Below, piece by piece: positions 11,932 to 23,865 of a stretch of 64,000 nucleotides of DNA. Location: the NCBI RefSeq assembly GCF_009914755.1, contig NC_060935.1; one strand, 5' to 3'. The translations under genes were made by a program, and so were the position numbers. The stretch comes from the human T2T-CHM13v2.0 reference genome, Homo sapiens. Position 1 is the stretch's first letter, and each line of letters begins with the position of its first letter. The notes below the pieces were generated by a model. That model worked only from the letters and a program-made list of their open reading frames with translations, did no database searches and was not told the DNA's origin.

Positions 11932-13736
11932 GCAGCTTTTTGACAATCTAATGCAGATACATTTTTTAAAAGATGGTGATATTATTCCTCATGTAAACCA
12001 ATAATTCTGAGGTTGTTTTAGGAAAGAAGAAGTCGGTGCTTTGGATGCATTTAATGATAGCATTACTAATCATCACTACCATTAATTAAGCACCTGCTCT
12101 GAGCAAGGCACTGCACAGATGCTGGCTCATTTAATTCTTATGGGAACACTGTGAAGGTAGCATTTGCATCACAGTTTTGTAGTTGAGGAATCATCGACCC
12201 AGAGAGAATAGTTAACATTTCAAAAATACTAGTTGATGGCTTTCCTCATTATGTCCACCTCTCCAAGGTCAGAGAGTGACTGAAGATCAAAGAGAAAATT
12301 GAAAAAAAAAAAAACACATTTCTAAGCCCTCTTTCATCTCAGAGAAACAACAAAAAGCTGAAGTAAATACAGACACACACACACACACACAACATTTTAA
12401 ATAAGACACTTGGCATTGTTCTAAGTTCTTTGCTAAAGTATTTCTGCAAATCCCCTAACACACCTGTAAGAAGGACACTATTTTCCTTATGTGACTGATG
12501 AGAGAAGGAAAGTCTGGGAGGTTAACTTGCTTCCCCAATTTGGCAAGTAGTGGAATCTGTATTTGAACTCAAAATGCACATACATGCCTTGGAAGTCGGT
12601 AAGTAAGGCTGTGCCCCTTTCCCAGGTCACACTGACCTTCACCTGCAGTGCAAAAACACTTTACAAGCACAGGATACTTAAAGTGATACAAAGACAAACA
12701 AGACATAGCCTTGAACTCAGAGAACAAAATCTCAGAAAATATCTCAGCTGATGCAACATGAGGAAGTGTGAGATGGTTTGCAAAATAGTCCTTGGAGGTC
12801 ATAAACTGAAATATTAACTGGTGACCTTTTTTCTGTTGAGTAAATTTTTGATGGAGAAAGGGCCTTCTAGCACCTTGGTGGGAGACGACCTTATTATGAT
12901 GGAGGAGACCCTCACTCTACTTCACCAGGCAACAGATTTTGAAAGGTGAAAGTAAGCCTTTCTCTACTTTGCAGGAAAGGTGGCATGTTGCATACACACT
13001 TTGAGATAACTCTTATAACAGATCTGTGGGATGGTAACTCTTTTTTTCCCTTTTACAAGTGAGAAAACTGAGGCTTGAGAAGACGAAGGGTTCACCTTGG
13101 GTCATACAGGTAGGAAGTGGTGGAGGCAAGGCTCAAACCAATGCCTACCTTATTCCAAAGATCCAGTTTTTCCACTGCATCTCATTGCCTCTCATTGTGT
13201 ATACAAATGTGTGTTGTGTGTATGTGTGTGAGTGCGCATGTGCAAACAAATGGACATATCTTGTGGCTCCTGAAGCCTGCTTTTATATTTGCATTTCTTT
13301 TCTCCTTTTCCTCTTCCAGGATAGCATGTGCACACTAGGTAAACGAGGGAGGTTGGTGTGCTCAGTGGTAGGGATGGTGATGTCTTGAACCAGGGAGAGT
13401 AAAGAAGGCCTGTGGCTAGTAGAAGCTCTTCTCTCTCACTGGCAATACTAGAAAACCAGAACAAGGGTTATAGTTCCTGCCTTGAGCATCCACCAAACCT
13501 GACTTCACTATTTCCTAGATCTGAGTATACTGAAAAGTTAAAATGGAGTTCAGCTTAGAACCTCTTACTTGGTGTAAGTCATAAATACTTAGTTTTCAAA
13601 GACTTAATTCAAACGCCAATTCTTCTAAAAAGTTTCTCTTATCACCTGCCCAATTAATGCTAACTTAAGGAATTTATTTTTCTACGAATATTTACCAAGT
13701 AGCTACCATGTACCAGGCATTGTGCTAAGCATCTGT

Positions 13737-13760
13737 GTTAGGGTTAGGGTTAGGGTTAGG
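13737..13760 (+). repeat. Short interstitial telomeric repeat G(TTAGGG)3TTAGG
   Basis: Direct observation. Confidence 0.9.
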
Positions 13761-15719
13761 CACATCGACGATCATTTTACACTATAATTGTTTTTCTAAG
13801 GATCTGTACCATAAACTAACAAGGACAGTTGTTTATCTGCTCAATATTCCTAGCTTTTGGCATGGTTTGCACATAGAGTAAGTATATAATAAAGGTATGT
13901 TTAATGAAGGTATTCAGGGAAGAACTGATTATTTCAAATGGAAATCATCTTGGCTGGTTATAGGGTGAGGGAAATCAAAGGTTGAGCTGATCATTTTACA
14001 AGTCCCAAGAGGTGATCTCACACTTCCTTGAGGGGACCAGTGGGCAAATGTTACAGAAGGCAGATGACTGCAAAAATAAAGGTAGTACTTTCTTTCTATG
14101 AAGTTATCCAATTATAGGATGGGCTGTCTGTTGAGGTAATGTGCTTCTTATAAGTGGCATTTAAGCAAACTATAAAGCCTTTGTCTATCTGGAGTGATCT
14201 GGAAGGGTTTTCCACATTGATTTTGACACGAACTCATCTAAGGCTTCTTCTAACATTGATACCTGCCACGCTACGATCAGGAAGTCTTTACGGAGGGAAC
14301 AGCAATGTCTTAGTGAAGCAGGAGAGGATGGTTCATGTCAGAATGCCCCTCTACCTCTACCAATTCAAATCCTACTCATTTACCCTTTGTGCTGCACCGA
14401 GAGACAGCCACTCTGTTAATGGCCTATGCTTGAGTGTTAGCACGGAGTTAGTTCATCATTCATGGATAATGAGCAGAGAGGTCCGACCAATGAAAGAATC
14501 GCCACTACCCTCTTTGACTGTCATGATTGTCAACCTTATGATTTTACCCTCAGGTCCTTTTTGGCCTAGTTTCTCTTTCACATCTCTGCTTCAAAAGCTT
14601 CAAACCTATGTTCCTGACTGAATTTCAGAAAAGTTATTACCTTCCCTAAAATTAAAAAAATAATAAAAATTACCAAACTATTGTCAATTAAAATGTAGTA
14701 GTAAAGTTCTGACCCTGAAGCTAGATCACTTCACTCAGCCATCGACTTCCGGAAAGTGAGCTCACCTTTCTGTGCCTCATCTGTAAAATGAGAACACTGA
14801 ATCACTCAGGAATTTCCTTACTCTAATTCTAAATAAGTCAAATGGTGGTTTTTTTGTTTGTTTGTTTGTTTGTTTGTTTGCATTCTCAGTCCCAAAGAAT
14901 TTACCTATTGAGAATGGTAATATATGGAAGCTTGAGTCCCCAAGAGAGTTGCTATGTCATTGTAGATAATTCTAAATGAAGAGGAAGAGAGGCAAACTAA
15001 GCTGGCAGGTGACAGTCTGGGGCTGGTGCTGCTAAGGAGTTGAGCTTTATTACTCAAGGATGAGCAAGAGCAGACTTTCCTCACAGGACCTGACCGGCTA
15101 ATCTGTGAAGGATGACTCATTCATCAATGCTGAAGATGACCGCAGCACTGAGCTGCAGCTCTGTCTTCCACCAGGCTTCCTTTGCACAACGTCACCCAAT
15201 TTCCCAGGAAACCCTGGCTAGGCTAGTTTGTTTTGATGCATTCTAGAATAGCAACAGTGGTAGAAACAGTGGAGGAGATGGATCCAACAGTTCAGAGAGT
15301 CAACTCAGAAGAGAGGAGACAAGGAACATGATGACATGTGGACTTGCATCTGTATGATAAAGTAAAGATTTTGGTTGTACTGTTTCAACTGCTATTCTTC
15401 ATACTCATTTATCGCAGGAGGCTTATAAAGAATAACTGCAGGTGGTGACTGCTCAGAAAGAGGCGTCCCACTAAAAATACAATTTGGGATGTGAATCTAC
15501 TTGTCAGTATAAATAGACTTGCAGTGTTTTCAATGATCCATACCTGGCTGTGAGCTACCTGCAGGTAGGGATTATATTAAATATATTCCTACACCCCAGT
15601 ATTCAGAAGGGAGCATTAACAGAGCTGGTGCTCAATATAGGCTTGATAAATAAAAGAAAAATTTAGAATCATTTTTGTTTTAAGGCAGTTGGATTATAAA
15701 TGAGTTTCTTTCTTTTCAG

Positions 15720-15757
15720 GAGTACCCATAATATTGTATACTGCTTTTCACTTGGAG
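15720..15757 (+). other. Candidate 38-nt spliced exon (non-coding or UTR)
   Basis: tttctttcttttcag acceptor and GAG|gtgagt consensus donor. No transcript evidence available. Confidence 0.35.
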
Positions 15758-16124
15758 GTGAGTTACCTTCAGTTGACTTACCTCCTGAACAGAGTTCTCT
15801 AAACAGAACCTTCTCCTTTGTTAAATTGCCAATCCACATACTCGTCTCTTAACCATACTGTATACATGACATAGTACTCATACCATCCAATCTAAGAAGC
15901 CTTCCTCCTATCCCTGGGGAAATCACCCTCTCTCTTTCTTAATTTCTAGTATAACCTAGTATACTAGTATAACTAGTATACTAGAAATTAAGGAAGAATA
16001 CTAGATTTAAAATTGTCTTCAAATCCCTTTCTGCCTCTCACTTGTTGTCAGCCTTAGGCAAGTTACTTAACTTTTCTCTGCTTGTTTTCTGATCTGCAAC
16101 ATAGGGATACTAACAAAGGCTATT

Positions 16125-16473
16125 GGCGGAGCAAGATGGCTCATGCCTATAATCCCAGCACTTTAGGAGGCTGAGGCAGGAGGATCATTTGAGCCCAGGA
16201 GTTCCAGACCGGCCTGGGCAACATAGTGAGACCTGTCTCTACACAACATAAACAATTTGAAAAAAGAAATAGCTAGGTGTGGTTGTGCAAACCTTTAGTT
16301 TCAGGTACTCGGGAGGCTGAGGTGGGAGGATTGCTTGAGCCCAGGAGGTTGAGGCTGCAGTGAGCTATGATTGTATCACTGCATTCCAGCCTATGCAACA
16401 GAGCAAGACCCTGAAAAAAATAAGAAAACAGAAAAGACAAGAAAAGAAAGAAAGAAAGAAGGAAGAGAGAGAA
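16125..16473 (+). mobile_element. AluJ with degenerate A/GA tail, inserted in a MIR
   Basis: ggaggatcatttgagcccaggag / ggaggattgcttgagcccaggaggttgaggctgcag diagnostics. MIR-like sequence on both sides. Confidence 0.9.
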
Positions 16474-17087
16474 ACTATCATGGTTTTCCAGTTGGGCTAA
16501 ATGAGTCAGTACATGTACTTATCAAATGGTAAGTGTTCAATAACTTTTAACTATTAGTAGTATTTTCCCTCTTTCATGTTGTACTTTTAATAACAAATTA
16601 CTTCTTGTATTTTAATAAAACTAATTTATCAGTTTATTCTAAGATGAGTTATATAAAATGAAAACCCTGGGGAGAGTCTCCACATCTGATCATGTGTTCT
16701 TAAAATAAATGAAAAAATGGAAAGTTCTTTTAATTCAGTCTCCCCATGATATATACCTCTTATAACAAGATGATATTGAGTCATCCTTATTGTGTATGAT
16801 TTTCATAACTATTAAAGATATCTTAAAATGCATTTAAATGTAAATAATTAAAATTTTAAGTAAAATGTTGAGACAAACTGCCGAGGTTTTTTTTAAGTGA
16901 ACAAAAGTAGATCAAAGGGTAAAAATACATAACGATATAAAAAAATTCCACTGTTTGTTAAAACACTGTCAACACAATAGTTAATAGAAACATAAAAATG
17001 AGAAGGATGAATTTTAGATGAATTTGCTTTCAAAAAGCAAATGGTCCTATTTTCAAATAGAACCACAAAGAATTGTATAAACACTCA

Positions 17088-17462
<375 letters not shown>

Positions 17463-17893
17463 CAAGAAAAAAAGTAAAAGCTCTTCATCCCTATTCATTC
17501 AAGTCTATCCTGTAGAGGTAAATACTGTTAACAATTTGGTAGGCTTCCTTCCTGATCTTTTTCTCATTCATATTAATCTGTTGTATTCAGTTAACTAGTT
17601 AGTAAAAACAGAGTGCTATACTTATTGTAACCCCCTCTTTCCTTTTAACAGTTTAGCATGGGCATCTTTTCATGTACATATGTTTATCTCATTCCTTTTT
17701 TTTTTCCAGCCCAATATTCCCATAGAAATTAAATTTCATTCTTATTAAAGGTTTCACCCTATTTCCTGGTGTGGATATACCCTAATTATTTAAGTCAGTC
17801 TGAATGGGAGTTGAATTTTAGGGTTGTATTTCAAATAATCATTTGGAAAATTATTTTAGCTACAGTTTATTTTAGCTACATTAATTTTGATTC

Positions 17894-19557
17894 TTTTTTT
17901 TGGTTTTTTTTTTTAAGGTATACTTTAAGTTTTAGGGTACATGTATACAACGTGCAGGTTAGTTACATATGTATACATGTGCCATGTTGGTGTGCTGCAC
18001 CCATTAAGTCGTCATTTAACATTAGGTATATCTCCTAATGCTATCCTTCCCCCCTCCCCCCACCCCACAACAGGCCCCGGTGTGTGACGTTCCCCTTCCT
18101 GTGTCCATGTGTTCTCATTGTTCAATTCCCACCTATGAGTGAGAACATGCGGTGTTTGATTTTTTGTCCTTGCGATAGTTTGCTGAGAATGATGGTTTCC
18201 AGCTTCATCCATGTCCCTACAAAGGACATGAACTCATCATTTTTTATGGCTGCATAGTATTCCATGGTGTATATATGCCACATTTTCTTAATCCAGTCTA
18301 TCATTGTTGGACATTTGGCTAGGTTCCAAGTCTTTGCTATTGTGAATAGTGCCGCAATAAACATACGTGTGCACGTGTCTTTATAGCAGCATGATTTATA
18401 ATCCTTTGGGTATATACCCAGTAATGGGATGGCTGGGTCAAATGGTATTTCTAGTTCTAGATCCCTGAGGAATCGCCACACTGACTTCCACAATGGTTGA
18501 ACTAGTTTACAGTCCCACCAACAGTGTAAAAGTGTTCCTATTTCTCCACATCCTCTCCAGCATCTGTTGTTTCCCGACTTTTTAATGATCGCCATTCTAA
18601 CTGGTGTGAGATGGTATCTCATTGTGGTTTTGATTTGCATTTCTCTGTTGGCCAGTGATGATGAGTATTTTTTCATGTGTCTTTTGGTTGCATAAATGTC
18701 TTCTTTTGAGAAGTGTCTGTTCATATCCTTCGCCCACTGGTTGATGGGGTTGTTTGTTTTTTTCTTGTAAATTTGTTTGAGTTCATTGTAGATTCTGGAT
18801 ATTAGCCCTTTGTCAGATGAGTAGATTGCAAAAATTTTCTCCCATTCTCTAGGTTGCCTGTTCACTCTGATGGTACTTTCTTTTGCTGTGCAGAAACTCT
18901 TTAGTTTAATTAGATCCCATTTGTCAATTTTGGCTTTTGTTGCCATTGCTTTTGGTGATTTAGACATGAAGCATTTGACCATGCCTATGTCCTGAATGGT
19001 ATTGCCTAGGTTTTCTTCTAGGGTTTTAATGGTTTGAGGTCCAATGTTTAAGTCTTTAATCCATCTTGAATTAATTTTTGTACAAGGTATAAGGAAGGGA
19101 TCCAGTTTCAGCTTTCTATATATGGCTAGCCAGTTTTCCCAGCACCATTTATTAAATAGGGAATCCTTTCCCCATTTCTTGTTTTTGTCAGGTTTGTCAA
19201 AGGTCAGATGGTTGTAGATATGTGGCATTATTTCTGAGGGCTCTGTTCTGTTCCATTGGTCTATATCTCTGTTTTGGTACCAGTACCATGCTGTTTTGGT
19301 TACTGTAGCCTTGTAGCATAGTTTGAAGTCAGGTAGCGTGATGCCTCCAGCTTTGTTCTTTTGGCTTAGGATTGACTTGGCAATGCGGGTTCTTTTTTGG
19401 TCCCATAGAACTTTAAAGTAGTTGTTTCCAATTCTGTGAAGAAAGTCATTGTTAGCTTGATGGGGATGGCATTGAATCTATAAATTACCTTGGGCAGTAT
19501 GGCCATTTTCACGATATTGATTCTTCCTACCCATGAGCATGGAATGTTCTTCCATTT
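17894..19557 (-). mobile_element. 5'-truncated young L1PA (about PA4/5), ~1.65 kb
   Basis: ORF 18122-19228 encodes the L1 ORF2p C-terminus ([18 protein letters not shown]). The 3'UTR lacks the L1HS ACA diagnostic. Confidence 0.95.
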
Positions 19558-20469
19558 TGGATAATAAACTCAAGATAATCTTTAAAGGCAGAAATAATAC
19601 TAAAAGATAAGCTATTATGGAAGGAAGGAAGATAGATGCAAGTTGGTTTGGGTTGTCTATTTTTGTTTGAGGCCCTTTCATCATACCTACTGTCATCCTT
19701 ATTGCAAGTACGAGAAGAAAGAATTCCATATAAGATGAGAAGGTGTAGACAGCTCCACTCAGGCTGATGCTTTGCACTAGGTTGGGAAATGTGTCTACTT
19801 TTGCTTGGGAGGGATCCAGAGCAGGGAGGCAATTACCAGGAGTAGGACTGAGAAATCACTTGTTCTTTCAGAGGCCACTGGCCACCAGGTACCATATGGC
19901 TGCTTCCATGTTGTGAATTCCCTGAACACCAGGCACACTGGCATTCAAATGTCAGAACAGAACAATTTTCAAAACCAAGCAAATTATATTTGGATTACCC
20001 ATAATATCAGTTCCTTCTGTTAGCTTTGATGATTCAGAGAGAATATATGTGTTAAATTAACAAGTGTATTAAGAACTTTTGACATCTGTAAACTTTTCCT
20101 TAGCTGGTACACCAAATGCCTCTATAATTCTTGCCTACAATCTGTGTGTTTAAGTGTGGACAAGAACAAAATGAGATGAATGTGTGTTCTCTGACTAACG
20201 AAGCAGCACCTCCATTTACTGTAAGCAGAAGGGGCCAGGGAGTAAAGGAGAAAGGAGGATATTTGGACAATGCACAGGAGGGGTGGGGTGGGGTGGTGAG
20301 GGAGAATGGCAGGCTCCTGGATCATCATGATCCAGGATTTTGGTGCTGCTTCTGAGGATGAAATTGTTTGCTCTCTCCATGTCCCAGTTCCAGGTCCCTA
20401 GGTTTGAACACCATGTCCACCCCAAGCCTACCAGCTATAGCCAGGGAGATTAGCTAAATAAGAGATTCA

Positions 20470-20648
20470 AGGGGGGCAAGGGGAGGGAGAACATTAGGAC
20501 AAATACCTAATGCATGCTGGGCTTGAAACCTACATGAGAGGTTGATAGGTACAGCAAACCACCATGGCACATGTATACCTATGTAACAAACCTGCACGTT
20601 CTGCACATGTATCCCAGAACTTAAAGTAAAATTTTTAAAAAAAGAGAG
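20470..20648 (+). mobile_element. L1PA7/8-like 3' end, ~170 bp
   Basis: acattaggacaaatacctaatgcatg ... gtatcccagaacttaaagtaaaa. TSD agagattca (20461-20469, 20649-20657). Confidence 0.9.
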
Positions 20649-20660
20649 AGAGATTCAGGC

Positions 20661-20791
20661 TGAGAAGCAACAACTTAAGAGTTGTTGAGGACAGAGTTTT
20701 GTGCCACCAGAAGGGAGAGAAAAACCTGGAACATGGCAGAAAGGCATCATGAAGAGAAGTTTGTGCAGGGGTTTCTAACATGTCTGGGTAG
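20661..20791 (+). repeat. 131-bp dispersed direct repeat, copy 1
   Basis: Nearly identical to 22193-22323. Confidence 0.95.
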
Positions 20792-22192
20792 CATGGTGAC
20801 TCTGCATGCTTAGTTCTCTATAAGCATAACCAAGCTGTCACAACAGTTTCCTTCTATCATCTCACCAAATCTCTTCTGAACTTCCTTTAGTTCTTCTAAT
20901 GGATTTTTGCCCAGAAAAATAAGATACATCTCACTTAGATCCTAGTGTAATCAGCCTCCCATGAAAAACCCAACAAAACAATTTCTCAAAGCTTGCTCTC
21001 TGCTGTGTTAGATAAGCATTTAGATCCCATCTACAAGCATCCTCTTCTCCCCATCCTTTTGTGTAAGTACAGCTGCAGCTAGTTGTCCAGTGTGTAGGCA
21101 AAAACCACCTGACTCATCTACTCATACCTTAATGGCAGCTGTGTCCCAGGCTTCAAACTGTACTGGTTACTCAGATCTTCTAAATTGGGCATTCCTAATT
21201 CTAGAATCAGCAGCAAAGGGACCTAGGGACAGGTCATATTATTGAAATTTTATTTTCTTAATTTAGAGTCAAGTCATCTTGGTTGCAGTTATGAGAACAC
21301 AGAATCCACAGTCTGCTAAGTTATATTTTCTGAAGAGCCCTATCAATGACCTTAAAAAGACAACAGCACCATCTGTTATGCACCACCCACAATATCACGT
21401 ATGGAGGTTCATCTTAGAACAAAGATGAATCCTCAGTGAATACAGCAAGAAATAAACTGACTCAAGTTCCAGATTAGCCAGGCAACTGCTAGGTGTTTTG
21501 AAAGCAGAGAAGCCAAATCAGAGATATGAAAAGAAATTAGTACTCAGGTAGAGATGCTACAACATGGCTTTATAACAGAAATAACATATAGTGGGCTTTT
21601 TGTTGTTGTTGTTTCCCCAGATCCATTCCTTTTTGTAGCACTGGTATCCTCATTTTCCTCTGAGCCGTTCCTTGCCCACTCCCATCTCATATTTTTCAGG
21701 TAAAGTTGATTTCACTCACAGAATACATGAGTAGAACATGTGTTCTGGTCCAGCTTAGTTACCTCATTCTATCCTGTTTGACTCAGTGCAGTTTAAAAAT
21801 GGGCACATGTCTCAAAGTAGGTCTGCCAGAGAAGGCACAACCTGAAGACTTAAGCTTTCAGAAAAACAAACTCTCAACTGCTAGACAGGAATGAGATTCT
21901 GTAAATGTGAAGCTTCCTTGGTGTCTCTGGGCAGAATTGAGAACTGAAGTAGCTCTGAGGAAACAGCCAAGAGGTGGATAACATTTTTTGAGCTGGGAAT
22001 CAATTCATACTTAAAAAGAAGCCTAGATTTTTCAGTTTGCATGGAGCCAAAAAAAAAAAAAAATTCCCTTTAGCATAAGCAGATCCACCAATGGCAAGAC
22101 GGGAAGTCCTACCTACATTGGCATTTTCCAATTTAGGAAATATTAGCTGAAACACCTTTCTCTACCCAAGCTTCTCTGCCTTGTTGAGAAGT

Positions 22193-22378
22193 TGAGAAGC
22201 AACAACTTAAGAGTTCTTGAGGACGGAGTTTGCTGCCACCAGAAGGCAGAGAAAAACCTGGAACATGGCAGAAAGGCATCATGAAGAGAAGTTTGTGCAG
22301 GGGTTTCTACCACGTCTGGGTAGGGTGGTCCTTTCTTAGTCTGGGGTTTCTACCATGTCTGGGTAGGGTGTTCCTTTC
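22193..22378 (+). repeat. 131-bp dispersed direct repeat, copy 2, plus a local 36-bp duplication
   Basis: 22193-22323 matches 20661-20791. 22300-22335 is repeated at 22343-22378. Confidence 0.95.
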
Positions 22379-23865
22379 AAGTCCTTTCTTACACAGCCAA
22401 TAACCTTCCAGCATCTCCCTGAATTAATCCGTGATTGTCCTGGACCACTCAGTGAAGCACTTCAGTATAATCAGCCTTTTTATAGAGGTCTTCCAAGTTA
22501 AACTGAAATCTGGATGTGTATCTCAATTACAAATAACATGCCTGTGTGCTTGAAACAGACACTGCAATGACTAAAAGGTAAATCCATGAAATAGGGGCCT
22601 ATTTATTACCTACAGAAGCACCATTTAAGACACAATTGAAGTTTCAACTTGATTCTTTCTAACTTTCGATCCCCCTTTGGTATGATAATTATACATTTTC
22701 TAGTAAAATTATTTCTGCCATGTCATCATAACAGATTGGATTAAAAGACAAATAAATGAATTATATGCTAACCTCATAGGTAGCCTGGCAGAAAATCCAC
22801 CCAAAAGTGTTATTTTATACCTAGTGGCAAAAAGTTGACCCAGTTGAATTTATTATTTGGGAAAACATAAATGTCATGTTAACATAAAAGGCTATTGATT
22901 TGAGGCAGTACTCTCGTGCAATGCTAAATTACTTTCCTAGTTCTGCCTGTGGTCAGTCTCAAAGGAAGTGAAGCTTTCAGTCTGTACATCTTCCAAGCCT
23001 ACCACTTGTCTCCATCTGTGCTTATAAAAATCTTGCACTCATGAATATTATTTATATGAGTATAATATTAAAGTCTGATCAGGAAAAAAGAAACCATCTG
23101 AGGTATTTAACAGAAAAAAATACAAAGGTTTGGTTTAAAATACATTAGGGAATAGAAAAGATGAAAAAGGAATGTTAAGGTAACACTGAGGTAGCAGTTG
23201 CAGCAAACAGCTACAATGGGAAGAGATGGGGCAGCGATGAGATGGGATAACAAAGAGAAGAGTTTGGAGATATTGGAATGTAGAAGCTTGAGGAAGAGAC
23301 TGTGTGGAGCCTGGAAACAGTGTCCTGTGGCCACGGTGTAGAGCCCTTGCCAGGCTAATGCTGGTAGAAACTGCAAGCACTTCGGGAAGGGCGGGTCTCT
23401 CCTCCCTTCTTCTTGTCTTCCAGTCTCCTTCAAGGGGACACAAACCAAAAAGCTGTTCTAGAAGATTTGGAGAAATTAAGGGTTGCTATATGACAAGTTA
23501 CTGAAAGTTAAATATTAGATATCCTTTTAAAAAACGTCTCCTCAGTCATTTCATCCATGTGAAAATCCTCTTTGGCCTTATTTTGAGGGGGCTCTTCCAA
23601 TATGCTCCTGATCCTTTGATTTTGAACTTCCACACATCTTCCCCCTTTTCTTCATTTCCTGATCCCTTTACTGTTTCTCTCCTGGGATTCCCCTAATGAT
23701 TCAAAATTATTATTTTCTATAATTCAACCCTCTTCACCCCCATCCTTTCTCATTTCAGACCATGCCCTTCAGAAGACTTCTTTTTCACACAGATTTCTGT
23801 AGAGTTTGTTATTCTGTCCTGAGATTAATTTTGTTCCTTTTTTGGAATAAGAACCAGTTACAGTT

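Noticed and set aside
14154-14621. 155-aa ORF in unique sequence
   Set aside because: Non-ATG start, no recognisable domain or exon structure; consistent with a chance ORF.
18122-19228. 368-aa open ORF as a domesticated gene
   Set aside because: Ordinary ORF2p C-terminus of a young truncated L1 with no promoter; it is open because of its low age.
19478-19832. ORFs fusing flank to L1 sequence
   Set aside because: Chance read-through across the L1 5' junction, not in a meaningful frame.
20280-20302. G-quadruplex motif GGGGTGGGGTGGGGTGGTGAGGG
   Set aside because: Common genome-wide, with no contextual support for function.
20661-22378. Repeat pair as LTRs or a CRISPR-like array
   Set aside because: No TG..CA ends, PBS/PPT or TSD, and no regular repeat-spacer periodicity.
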